A stretch of DNA of 64,000 nt from an uncultured bacterium (GTDB lineage: Bacteria > Verrucomicrobiota > Kiritimatiellia > RFP12 > UBA1067): positions 15,165-79,164 of the forward strand of contig CACYNF010000001.1 of assembly GCA_902775595.1 (NCBI GenBank), written 5' to 3'. Positions 28,989 through 37,695 of the stretch are shown piece by piece (position 1 is the first letter of the stretch; each line of letters starts with the position of its first letter). The notes below the pieces were generated by a model that saw only the letters and a list, made by a program, of their open reading frames with translations, was not told where the DNA came from and did not search any database. Both the position numbers and the translations under genes were made by a program.

Positions 28989-30209
28989 TTACGTCGTGTA
29001 ATCCGCGTTGATGTGGACGTAGTCGAGCGAAAAGTCGCATGTGTAGATCGAGCTCTCGAATTTTCCGAGATGAAGGTCGACGGTCACGGTGAAGGCGTCC
29101 TTCTTCATGACCTTCGCGAGTTTCGCGAGCTGTCTTTCGTCGGCGATCCTGCCGCGGCGGAAAGCCCACTCCCGGTCGTAGAACACCTCCGCCTGCATGT
29201 CCGAGACCTCCGCGCCGGAGTACCCGACGGCCGCGAGAACGCGGCCCCAGTTGGGGTCCTTCCCGAACCAGCTCGTCTTCGCGAGCGGGCTCTTCGCGAC
29301 GGCCCTCGCGGCGCGTTCGGCGTCCCTCTCGCTCTTCGCGCCCTTCACGGTCACCGTCACGAACTTCGTCGCCCCCTCGCCGTCCGTCGCCATCTGCTTC
29401 GCGAGCGACACGCACACCGCCTCGAGCGCCTCGAGGAACGCGTCGAAGTCCTTTCCCGGCTTGTCGACTTCGCGGTTTCCGGCCTTGCCCGACGCGAGGA
29501 GGAACACGGAGTCGTTCGTCGACTCGTCTCCGTCCACGACGAGGCGGTTGAAGCTCTTCCCGACGGCGAGCTGCAGCGCGCGCTTCAGCATCCGCGGCGA
29601 AACCGCCGCGTCCGTAGTCACGAAGCCGAGCATCGTCGCCATGTTGGGCTCGATCATCCCCGAGCCCTTGGACATCCCGCCGACCGTCACCTTCCTGCCG
29701 CCGACCACAGTCGTGACGCAGGCCTGCTTTGGACGGGTGTCGGTCGTCATGATCGCCTTCGTCGCCTCGAGCCCGTGAGCCGCCGTGCGCCCGAGCGCGC
29801 CCTTTGCGAGCTTCATCCCCGCGAGAAGACGGTCCATGGGAAGACGCCGGCCGATGACGCCGGTCGACGCGACGAGAACGTGGTGCGGATCGATCCCGAG
29901 CTCACCGGCCGTGACGAGCGCCGAGAGGCGCGCGTCCGCGAGACCTCCCTCGCCCGTGCACGCGTTGGCGCAGCCCGAGTTCGCGAGAATCGCCTGGATG
30001 CGCCCGCCCCTGATCACCGAGCGGTCGTACACGACGGGCGCCGCAGCGACCTTGTTGGTGGTGAAAAGCGCGGCTGCGGCGCACGGCTCGTCGGCGACTA
30101 TCAGCGCGACGTCGTTGCGTCCCCTGTACTTCACTTCCGCCGCGACTCCCGCCGCGCGAAACCCCTTCGCGGAGCAGACTCCGCCCTTGATTTTCCTGCA
30201 GGCTGCCAT
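28989..30209 (-). CDS. argJ: bifunctional ornithine acetyltransferase / N-acetylglutamate synthase
   Basis: 406 aa with the autoprocessing site region KGSGMIEPNMATMLGFVTTDA and an ending of ADYTT. Confidence 0.93.
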   Translation of the reverse strand: MAACRKIKGGVCSAKGFRAAGVAAEVKYRGRNDVALIVADEPCAAAALFTTNKVAAAPVVYDRSVIRGGRIQAILANSGCANACTGEGGLADARLSALVTAGELGIDPHHVLVASTGVIGRRLPMDRLLAGMKLAKGALGRTAAHGLEATKAIMTTDTRPKQACVTTVVGGRKVTVGGMSKGSGMIEPNMATMLGFVTTDAAVSPRMLKRALQLAVGKSFNRLVVDGDESTNDSVFLLASGKAGNREVDKPGKDFDAFLEALEAVCVSLAKQMATDGEGATKFVTVTVKGAKSERDAERAARAVAKSPLAKTSWFGKDPNWGRVLAAVGYSGAEVSDMQAEVFYDREWAFRRGRIADERQLAKLAKVMKKDAFTVTVDLHLGKFESSIYTCDFSLDYVHINADYTT

Positions 30210-30217
30210 TTGCGGAT

Positions 30218-30226
30218 ATTATACCA
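30218..30226 (-). promoter_or_regulatory. extended -10 box TGGTATAAT, 9 nt from the argJ ATG (candidate leaderless)
   Basis: attatacca on the plus strand; ATG at 30209. It is part of a 15-bp perfect inverted repeat with the pfk promoter. Confidence 0.6.
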
Positions 30227-30271
30227 TATTTGGCGGCGGGCGAAGGTCTGATCTTCGGCATCCCGCAAATA

Positions 30272-30280
30272 TGGTATAAT
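30272..30280 (+). promoter_or_regulatory. extended -10 box TGGTATAAT, 10 nt from the pfk ATG (candidate leaderless)
   Basis: tggtataat on the plus strand; ATG at 30290. Confidence 0.6.
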
Positions 30281-30289
30281 CTAGGGGCT

Positions 30290-31474
30290 ATGAAAAAGAT
30301 GAATATGGTCATCGCCCAGTCGGGCGGCCCCTCAATGGTAATCAACCAGTCGCTCGTCGGCGCAGTGCTCGAGGCCCGCAAGTCGCCGAAGATCGGCAGA
30401 ATACTCGGCGCGCGCCACGGCATACTCGGGATCCTCGGAAACGACTACATCGACCTCAGGAAACCGTCCGCGAAAAAGCTCGAGGCAATCGCCGAAACCC
30501 CGTCGTCCGCGCTCGGCAGCTGCCGCAGGAAGCCGGACGCCGCGGACTGCCGCGCCATCTTCGAGGCGTTCAGGAAGCTTAACGTCGGCTACTTCTTCTA
30601 CATCGGCGGCAACGACTCCGCGGACGCCGCGCGCATCGTCGCGGAAGAGGCCGAGAAAGAGGGATATCCTCTCGTCGTCTACCACATCCCGAAGACGATC
30701 GACAACGATCTGCGCTCCTGCGACCACACGCCCGGCTTCGGGTCGGCGGCAAGGTTCGTCGCGAGCGCGATCCGCGGCGACGACCTGGACAACAGGGCGC
30801 TTGGCGGCGTGAAGATCGACATAATCATGGGCCGCGACGCGGGCTTTCTCACCGCCGCGTCTGCGCTCGCCCGAGTGAGGCCAGACGACGGCCCGCATCT
30901 CATCTACCTTCCCGAGGTTCCGTTCTCCGAGGCGAAGTTCATAAAGGACGTGAAATCCGCGCTCGGGAAGTTCGGCCGCTGCGTCTGCGCCGTTTCCGAG
31001 GGCATCCGCGGCAGGGACGGCGTTCCCATGGGCGCGAAGCTCGGCTCAGGGGAAAAAGACAGCCACGGAAACGTGCAGATGTCCGGCACTGGTGCGCTCG
31101 GCGATGCGCTCGCCCGCGTCCTCAAGGAGAAGGCGAAGGTAAAGCGCGTGCGCGCCGACACCTTCGGGTACCTCCAGCGCTCGTTCCCGGGAATCGCCTC
31201 GAAGGTCGACCAGGCCGAGGCGCGCGCGGCAGGATCGGCGGCGGTCAAGGCCGCGCTCAAGGGCGACCTCACGAAGGGAACGATCGCCATCGTCCGCGAG
31301 GAGTCGAAGAGATACCGCGTGGCGTTCGCCCCCGTTCCGATCAGGAACGCCGCGAAATACACGCGTTCGGTGCCGAAGGAATACATCGCAAGAAACGGAC
31401 ACGACGTGACGGAGGCGTTTCTCTCATACGCCCGCCCGATCGTCGGCGATCTGCCGCGCTGCGAGACGTTCTGA
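30290..31474 (+). CDS. 6-phosphofructokinase family enzyme (ATP versus PPi dependence unresolved)
   Basis: ORF 30230..31474 trimmed to ATG 30290 (MKKMNMVIAQSGGPS). It has IGGNDS and the signature PKTIDNDL. This is the only supported plus-strand gene. Confidence 0.85.
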   Translation: MKKMNMVIAQSGGPSMVINQSLVGAVLEARKSPKIGRILGARHGILGILGNDYIDLRKPSAKKLEAIAETPSSALGSCRRKPDAADCRAIFEAFRKLNVGYFFYIGGNDSADAARIVAEEAEKEGYPLVVYHIPKTIDNDLRSCDHTPGFGSAARFVASAIRGDDLDNRALGGVKIDIIMGRDAGFLTAASALARVRPDDGPHLIYLPEVPFSEAKFIKDVKSALGKFGRCVCAVSEGIRGRDGVPMGAKLGSGEKDSHGNVQMSGTGALGDALARVLKEKAKVKRVRADTFGYLQRSFPGIASKVDQAEARAAGSAAVKAALKGDLTKGTIAIVREESKRYRVAFAPVPIRNAAKYTRSVPKEYIARNGHDVTEAFLSYARPIVGDLPRCETF

Positions 31475-31494
31475 CGGGCGCCGCCTGCATCCCC

Positions 31495-32268
31495 TCAGTA
31501 GAACACCTTCCAGAGGAAGAGTCCGCGCGCGGGCGCGGTCTCTACGCGGGCGGTGCGCGGCAAATGCGCCGCGAGGAGCTCCTTCACCGCCTCGGGGCGC
31601 TCGTTGCCCTTCCCGACCGAAATGAGAAAACCGACCATGGACCTCACCTGCTTGTAGAGAAAGCCGTCGCCGCGCACGACGAAGGTGTAGCGAGGCCCCG
31701 ACTTCTTGACCTCGAACGAGAATATGCTGCGCACAGTCGAGTCGAGGACGCGGTCGGGATTCGCAGCGAACGAGACGAAGTCGTGCTTCCCCACGAAATA
31801 CGCCGCCGCCTTCTGCATCGCGGCGAGGTCGAGCGGACGGTGGCAGAAGGTCCAGTAGGGCGCGAGGTGCGGAGGCATGATGTCCGCCTGGTACAGCTGG
31901 TAGCGGTACTCCTTCCCCTTCGCGGAGAGCCGCGCGTCGAAGTCCTCCTTTGCGTAGGCCGCCTTGAGGAACCGCACGGCGTCGGGAAGCCTCGCGTTCG
32001 CGGCGCGCACGAGGTTCTTCGGCGGAATCGGCTTCGTGAGGTGGAAGTGTCCGACGAACCCCTTCGCATGCACCCCCGCGTCCGTCCGGGACGAGCCAAA
32101 CACCCTGACCGGCGCGCCGTCGAGCGACGCCAGGACATCCTCGACTACCTGCTGGATGCCGACGGCGTTCTCCTGGTACTGCCATCCGGAATACGCCGTA
32201 CCGTCGTAGGCAATCACGACGCGGTATTTCCGCATCCACGCGTCTGTTTTCTTCTCTCCCTTCTGCAT
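31495..32268 (-). CDS. truA: tRNA pseudouridine(38-40) synthase
   Basis: ORF 31495..32322 trimmed to ATG 32268 (MQKGEKK), which sits 7 nt from a TGGTATAAT box. Motifs YDGTAYSGWQ and the catalytic GSSRTDAGVHA are present. Confidence 0.9.
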   Translation of the reverse strand: MQKGEKKTDAWMRKYRVVIAYDGTAYSGWQYQENAVGIQQVVEDVLASLDGAPVRVFGSSRTDAGVHAKGFVGHFHLTKPIPPKNLVRAANARLPDAVRFLKAAYAKEDFDARLSAKGKEYRYQLYQADIMPPHLAPYWTFCHRPLDLAAMQKAAAYFVGKHDFVSFAANPDRVLDSTVRSIFSFEVKKSGPRYTFVVRGDGFLYKQVRSMVGFLISVGKGNERPEAVKELLAAHLPRTARVETAPARGLFLWKVFY

Positions 32269-32274
32269 GGGGAC

Positions 32275-32283
32275 ATTATACCA
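32275..32283 (-). promoter_or_regulatory. extended -10 box TGGTATAAT, 7 nt from the truA ATG (candidate leaderless)
   Basis: attatacca on the plus strand; ATG at 32268. Confidence 0.6.
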
Positions 32284-32352
32284 TTTTCCACCCTGCCGTG
32301 GTTTTAGCCACAAAGGACACAAAGAGCACAGAATGCACTCTTTACGACTCGG

Positions 32353-33615
32353 TCAATTGCCGTCTTCTATGTCAAAAGAGACATTTGGGAACGCCCGCTC
32401 GGCCTTGGCGCGAATGCTCGGGCACTTTCTGACTGCAATTGTCGCCAGCTGTTCGGAACGCACCCACGCAGTAGGATCATCTGCGCAGAGATGCGTGAAT
32501 GTAAGCGCCGCGCCCAGCATCGCACAGCCCCAAGACTCATCGTCGAAGCCGACGCCGTCTGCCGTCTTTCCGGTCGTCCTCGCCTTCTCGATTAAACCGA
32601 CGACCAGCTCGTTCATGTTGGAGTGGTAGCGCGCATAAAACACTTGCCAGGAGATGCATTCTTCCTTCTTCTTGTCCGACGAGAGGAGGCGCAGGCCGCT
32701 TCCATCGGAGGACAGCACTTCGAATCCCCTGAGCTTGCCCTTGTGGAACACGACGCCCTTGGCGTTTGCCGCGAACAGCTTGTGTACAGACTCCATCAGG
32801 TCGATCCTGAATAGTGCATCATGCAACAGCGTCTTGTGTTTGTCTTTTGTGACAGCTTTCTCCGCCTCAAGCAACATCCCTTTAAACTTCTCCCACTGAA
32901 GCGTTCCCAGCACATGCAGCGACATGACCGACTCGATCTTTCCACGGACAATGTAGTCTTCTTTCTCATCCAATAGATTATCCACTACTGTTTGAGGCGC
33001 TGGATCATAGATTATGACTTTTTGGTGCAAGGCGTAAGCTGCATCCATCACAATGGCGTCTACATGCGAACGGAAGCGGCTGGACATCCCGACGATTGCA
33101 GCTATGTCCTGAGACTGCTTTACGGCGTTAAACGAATCCGAACAGTCCACCACCCTCTGGACAACCATCGCCAACGTCGCCGCGTTCGTAATCGACATGC
33201 CTTCAATCTCGGCAAGTTCGGAGACCAATGGTTCAAGAGCGGACTTCACACGGGCTTTCGCTTCTCGCGCAGCAACAAGTTGCGTTCCTTCTTCGGCGAG
33301 TTTCGATTCGGCCTCCGCCAGTATCTGCCGAACCTCCCCGTCCGTCGATTTTTCCCACTGCCGCCGCAAGCTCGCCACCTTGTTTGTCGCACTTGCGAAA
33401 CACTTCTCCCCCTCCGCGACCATCAAGTCCAGTTTCGACGAGAATCGCCGAATGTTGCCTTGCAGTTCGCGGACAGTAGACAAGGCCTTGGCGCCAGTCG
33501 CCTCAATATGCTCCCTGCGCTCCCTTTCGCGATTCAGGCGGTCGCTGTAGATTAAACCTATAGCGGCAGCACCGACAAGGCAAAGCGCTTCGGCGATAAC
33601 GACAGACTTCCTCAT
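32353..33615 (-). CDS. hypothetical membrane-anchored coiled-coil protein
   Basis: ORF 32353..33849 trimmed to ATG 33615 (MRKSVVIAEALCLVGAAAIGLIY), giving an ATGA overlap with the manC stop. I recognise no family. GC is visibly lower than in the neighbouring genes. Confidence 0.6.
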   Translation of the reverse strand: MRKSVVIAEALCLVGAAAIGLIYSDRLNRERERREHIEATGAKALSTVRELQGNIRRFSSKLDLMVAEGEKCFASATNKVASLRRQWEKSTDGEVRQILAEAESKLAEEGTQLVAAREAKARVKSALEPLVSELAEIEGMSITNAATLAMVVQRVVDCSDSFNAVKQSQDIAAIVGMSSRFRSHVDAIVMDAAYALHQKVIIYDPAPQTVVDNLLDEKEDYIVRGKIESVMSLHVLGTLQWEKFKGMLLEAEKAVTKDKHKTLLHDALFRIDLMESVHKLFAANAKGVVFHKGKLRGFEVLSSDGSGLRLLSSDKKKEECISWQVFYARYHSNMNELVVGLIEKARTTGKTADGVGFDDESWGCAMLGAALTFTHLCADDPTAWVRSEQLATIAVRKCPSIRAKAERAFPNVSFDIEDGN

Positions 33616-34628
33616 CTCTTGAACAGCTTCTTCATCTCGGTGAGGCGAGACTTGTCGGCGACGAGAACCGCGTCGGGGGTCGTGACGACGACGAGGTTTC
33701 TGACGCCGAGAAGCGAGATGCGCGCAGAGCGGGCGACGCAGATGTTGCCCTCCGCCTCGACGACCGTGCACGGCCCTTCGCGGACGTTGCCGCGCGCGTC
33801 GTGCGGGAAGTACTTGTCGAACGCGGCAAAGCTGCCGACGTCGTCCCACCCGAAGTCGCCCGGCACCACCTCGACGTTCTTCGCCTTCTCCATCACGGCG
33901 TAGTCGAAGCTGATCTTGGGGAGCGCGGAATAAAGCCTTGCAAGCCCCGCAGGCGCGATGGATTTCTCGCTCGCGCCGATGTTCGCCAGCTTCTCCAGCT
34001 CTGGGGCATGCGCGGCAAATGCGCCGCGGAACACCGAAGCGCGGGCGATGAACATTCCGGCATTCCAGAGATATCCTGCCTTGACGTACTTCTTCGCCTT
34101 TTCAGCGTCCGGCTTCTCGACGAACGCGCGCGTCTTGGGCGAGATGTATCCGAAGCACGTCGCGGGGTAGTCGGGCTTGATGCCGATCGTAACGATCGCG
34201 TCCCTGCGCCGCGCAAGCGCGACGGCCTTCTTCACCGCCTTGCAGAACTCCTTCGGCTTCGCGACCATCTGGTCGCTCGAGAAGAAGCCGATCACAGGGT
34301 CGTCCGCTCCTGCGGCGAGTCCCACGCCGAGCGCGACCGCGGCGCCTGTGTCGCGGCGCATCGGCTCGCCGACGATGTTGCCCTTCGGGACCTCGGGGAG
34401 CTCCTTCCGCGTCGCGGCGACGAGGCTCTTCGTCGTCACCACGAATGCGTCTTCGGGCGCGACGAGTCCGTCAAGCCTCGCGAGCGCCTGCCTGATTAGG
34501 CTTTCGCCTCCGAAGACGCGCAGAAACTGCTTCGGACGCTCCGGCGTCGAAAGCGGCCAAAACCGCTCGCCCGAACCGCCTGCGAGAATGACTGCCTTGA
34601 AAGTCCCGGATATCCGTCCCTCTTTCAT
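33612..34628 (-). CDS. mannose-1-phosphate guanylyltransferase (nucleotidyltransferase family)
   Basis: MKEGRISGTFKAVILAGGSGERFWPLS..., with the G-x-G-x-R-x-W-P-L signature. ATG 34628 has AGGAGGGG upstream. The alternative ATG 34673 forms an ATGA overlap with the upstream stop. Confidence 0.85.
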   Translation of the reverse strand: MKEGRISGTFKAVILAGGSGERFWPLSTPERPKQFLRVFGGESLIRQALARLDGLVAPEDAFVVTTKSLVAATRKELPEVPKGNIVGEPMRRDTGAAVALGVGLAAGADDPVIGFFSSDQMVAKPKEFCKAVKKAVALARRRDAIVTIGIKPDYPATCFGYISPKTRAFVEKPDAEKAKKYVKAGYLWNAGMFIARASVFRGAFAAHAPELEKLANIGASEKSIAPAGLARLYSALPKISFDYAVMEKAKNVEVVPGDFGWDDVGSFAAFDKYFPHDARGNVREGPCTVVEAEGNICVARSARISLLGVRNLVVVTTPDAVLVADKSRLTEMKKLFKR

Positions 34629-34669
34629 TTTGTCGCCCCTCCTGTCTGATAAGATTTTCCGTCTTGCCT

Positions 34670-35242
34670 TCATTCAACTTGCCCCTCCCAAGAAGGGGCC
34701 CCGTATATCCGCCGTAAGTTAGATTCTATCTGCGCGACATTGACCGGCAGGGAAATCACCGTTGGCATTTCGCGCACGAGCCCCCTGGTGATGCAGACCT
34801 CTATCTGCGGTCCCTTGTCAGCAATCTCCTTTTTGATTGCGATAGCGGCAACGCGTTGCCCAGACATGCGGATTTCAATGAATCCGCCCTCGTACGAAAG
34901 CCGAAATACATCGCCTTTCCTAGTGAATCCCCTCGATTCAAGTTTCAACTCAGAGTTCCTGCAAGGGGAGACATTGGCAGCCAAAGAGCCATCAATCAAA
35001 AGCCTGAACGAACAATCCGTAATTTCCACTTGGCGTTGGCAATCAATATACAAATCGGTAACCTCGTCACTTCCCTGGCCCCGAGTCTCGAACCAGGCGC
35101 CAATTCTTTGATAGTACAACATGTACGCGCTTGATTTTGAGGAAGCACATCCAGTAAACGCCGCCATCGCGATGCCGCAGCAGACGAGCAACGCCTTCAA
35201 GCCGCAGCAGACGTGAGACTTCTTCACCTCGACCGCCTGCAT
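34670..35242 (-). CDS. hypothetical lipoprotein
   Basis: 190 aa with a signal peptide and lipobox (AMAAFTGCASS). No family recognised. Visibly lower GC. Confidence 0.6.
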   Translation of the reverse strand: MQAVEVKKSHVCCGLKALLVCCGIAMAAFTGCASSKSSAYMLYYQRIGAWFETRGQGSDEVTDLYIDCQRQVEITDCSFRLLIDGSLAANVSPCRNSELKLESRGFTRKGDVFRLSYEGGFIEIRMSGQRVAAIAIKKEIADKGPQIEVCITRGLVREMPTVISLPVNVAQIESNLRRIYGAPSWEGQVE

Positions 35243-35246
35243 GCTT

Positions 35247-36686
35247 TCACGTCCTTTTCCCCCTGAAGTCGAGAAGGTGTCCGATGAGATAGCGGAGGCC
35301 GCGATAGTAGAAAGCGAAATTGAACAGGTTGCGGCGGAAGAGGTGCCACAGCGCGCCGGGCTGGAGGAAGCCGCGGTACACCTTGCGGATCGCGCACTTG
35401 ATTTCGTCCTCCGTGGCGAGCGGCGTCTTCGTTATCGCGCGGCGCATGTCGTACTCGTCCCAGTCGAGCGTGTTGAGTCCGCCCGTGGCCTTTAGCTCCT
35501 TGAAAAGCGGCGTTCCTGGATATGGAATCGTCAGCGTGCACTGCAAGGTCTTCGCCCAGCCCTTCGCGAGGAGCTTGCGCGCGAGGGCGACGGTGTTGGC
35601 GATTTCCTTTGGACCCTCCCAGGCGTGTCCGAACATGAAGGTGACGTGTACGTCGAGCCCTGCCTCGGTCGCCCATTTCGCGCCCTTCTCGACATCCTCG
35701 ACCTTGAGCGCCTTGCAGAAGCGGTCGAGCGTCTCCTGGTTCGCGGACTCAACGCCGAAGAGGACAAACTGGAAGCCGGCCTTTCGCATGAGCTTGTAGT
35801 CGTCCAAGGTGAGCCGACCGAAGCGCATGTTGCAGTCGATGCGGACCTTCTTGTTAAGACCGCGCGAAATCATCTCGTTGCAGAAGTCGGTGAGCCACTG
35901 TCCGACAGGGAAGGAACCCGAGTCGTCCATGATCTCCTTCACGCCGTACTTCGAGACGAGATACTCGATTTCGTCGACAACGTCCTTCACCTTGCGGACG
36001 CGGTAGCGGGGATAGAGCGTTGTCCAGCTGCAGAAGGTGCACTTGCCGTGCCAGCAGTCGCGGCCCGACATGATGTAGGTGCCGGGCTTACGGCGGAAGT
36101 TGCCGTTCTTCTCGGCGTAAAGCTCCCAGTGAACGAGATCGCGGTCTATCCAAGGGGCGTCGGCGATGGAGTCCTTCAGGGCAAACGGCTGAACGCCTTT
36201 GGGGCAGCCGGCGGCGATGAAATCGATAAGCCCGAAATCCCAGTCGCCGCCGGGGATCACCGCCCAGACGCCGGGCTTCTCGATCGACTCCTCCGGAAGC
36301 GCGGTGACATGGTCGCCAACAAGTATAAACTTAACATCCGTGGGCAAGGGTGCGGGACCGCCCGAGGTCCCGTCCATTCCACCCGGCAAATGTTCCGCAA
36401 TCCATTTCCAATGCCGCTTGACGACCGGCGTCTTCGTCTCGAGGACTACAAGGTCGGGATGAAACTCGGCGAGCTTCGCGTCAAACGCCTCGGGCGAGAG
36501 CTCCGAGGCGATGCCGTCCAGGAAGAGAACTTCGTGCCCGGCCTTCTTCAGCATCGTAGCCGCTGTAGCGGGCACGACGGGGAAGATGTAGGTCGGGCGC
36601 GAGAACCACTGGAACTGGCGGTTCTGAGTGAGAAGCGCGACCCCTTTCTCGCTTTTGAACGGCGGGTAGGCGATCGCGATTCTCAT
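35247..36686 (-). CDS. B12-binding-domain radical SAM protein
   Basis: 479 aa with an N-terminal cobalamin-binding-like Rossmann domain (MRIAIAYPPF...GHEVLFLDG), the cluster motif GRDCWHGKCTFCSW, and LFGVESANQETL. Confidence 0.8.
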   Translation of the reverse strand: MRIAIAYPPFKSEKGVALLTQNRQFQWFSRPTYIFPVVPATAATMLKKAGHEVLFLDGIASELSPEAFDAKLAEFHPDLVVLETKTPVVKRHWKWIAEHLPGGMDGTSGGPAPLPTDVKFILVGDHVTALPEESIEKPGVWAVIPGGDWDFGLIDFIAAGCPKGVQPFALKDSIADAPWIDRDLVHWELYAEKNGNFRRKPGTYIMSGRDCWHGKCTFCSWTTLYPRYRVRKVKDVVDEIEYLVSKYGVKEIMDDSGSFPVGQWLTDFCNEMISRGLNKKVRIDCNMRFGRLTLDDYKLMRKAGFQFVLFGVESANQETLDRFCKALKVEDVEKGAKWATEAGLDVHVTFMFGHAWEGPKEIANTVALARKLLAKGWAKTLQCTLTIPYPGTPLFKELKATGGLNTLDWDEYDMRRAITKTPLATEDEIKCAIRKVYRGFLQPGALWHLFRRNLFNFAFYYRGLRYLIGHLLDFRGKRT

Positions 36687-36756
36687 AGGCTGGTTTCCGA
36701 AACGGGCAAACGCGTCAAGCCGTCAGGCTTTAGCCGCACGCCCATTTCGCACCACA

Positions 36757-37695
36757 TTACCACTTGTATCCGAGGCCGACGATGTAGCGGAAGTCGCTCG
36801 ACTTGCGGCCGACGGAAGGCATGGAGTTGTATTCCCACTCGATCTTCGCGAGGAGGTCGAAGTCCATGATGATCTTCGTCGTTATGCCGACGTCCGCCTT
36901 GATGAGGTGGTTGTCGAAGTCGTCGACCTGCGGGAGGAACTCGAGGTTGTGGAAGGTCTCGATGTCGGGGTTCCACTTCGGGAAGTACTTGAGGTGGTGC
37001 GCGTAGCGGAGCGTCGCGTAGCTCTTCTCGGCATCGGGATCCTTCACCTTGTAGTCCACGCGGATCCACGCCGCGCCGAGTTCCTGGTTGAAGCTCAAGG
37101 TTCCGATCGACCAGAGCTCGTGCTTCTCGAACCACTGGTAGCCAAGACCACCGCCGAGCCTCAGGCGGAAGTCGAGGCCGGCGATGTCGTCAACCTCGTA
37201 GCGGCCGTTCTCGTAGGTGTAGAACGCCTTGCTCCAGAAGTGGTCGTGCTGGCCCTCGATCTCCCAGCGGTCGGTCGACTTCTCGCGGGTGTCCTTGGAG
37301 GTGCCCGTCTCGCTGTAGTAGTAGCCGAAGTCGAAGTTCACACGGTCGTCGTCCCAGCGGCGGTTGAGGTTCGCTATGATCGAGGCATTGTTCTTATAGG
37401 TGTTGCCGCGGGCGCTCTCGTAGGCGACGTTGATCGAGCCGTGCCATGTCTCCGGCGGCTTCTCCTCGAGCGGCAGCGCCGAGACCTCGACCTTCTTCTC
37501 CTCGGCCGTCTCGACGAACGCGACCTTGTCGGCCGGGAGCTCTACGTCGCCGAGATCGTCGGACGTGAACTTGACCTTGTCGCCGGCGATGACAGCACCG
37601 GAACCCGTGAGAACCGACCCGGACTTCATGACGACCCTGTCGGCGAATGCGGAGGCGGCAGCGATTGCCGCGAACGCGAGTATCAGTCTTTTCAT
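36757..37695 (-). CDS. DUF481-family outer-membrane beta-barrel protein
   Basis: 312 aa with the signal peptide MKRLILAFAAIAAASAFA, alternating beta-strand pattern, and a terminal aromatic ending, IVGLGYKW. Confidence 0.75.
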   Translation of the reverse strand: MKRLILAFAAIAAASAFADRVVMKSGSVLTGSGAVIAGDKVKFTSDDLGDVELPADKVAFVETAEEKKVEVSALPLEEKPPETWHGSINVAYESARGNTYKNNASIIANLNRRWDDDRVNFDFGYYYSETGTSKDTREKSTDRWEIEGQHDHFWSKAFYTYENGRYEVDDIAGLDFRLRLGGGLGYQWFEKHELWSIGTLSFNQELGAAWIRVDYKVKDPDAEKSYATLRYAHHLKYFPKWNPDIETFHNLEFLPQVDDFDNHLIKADVGITTKIIMDFDLLAKIEWEYNSMPSVGRKSSDFRYIVGLGYKW

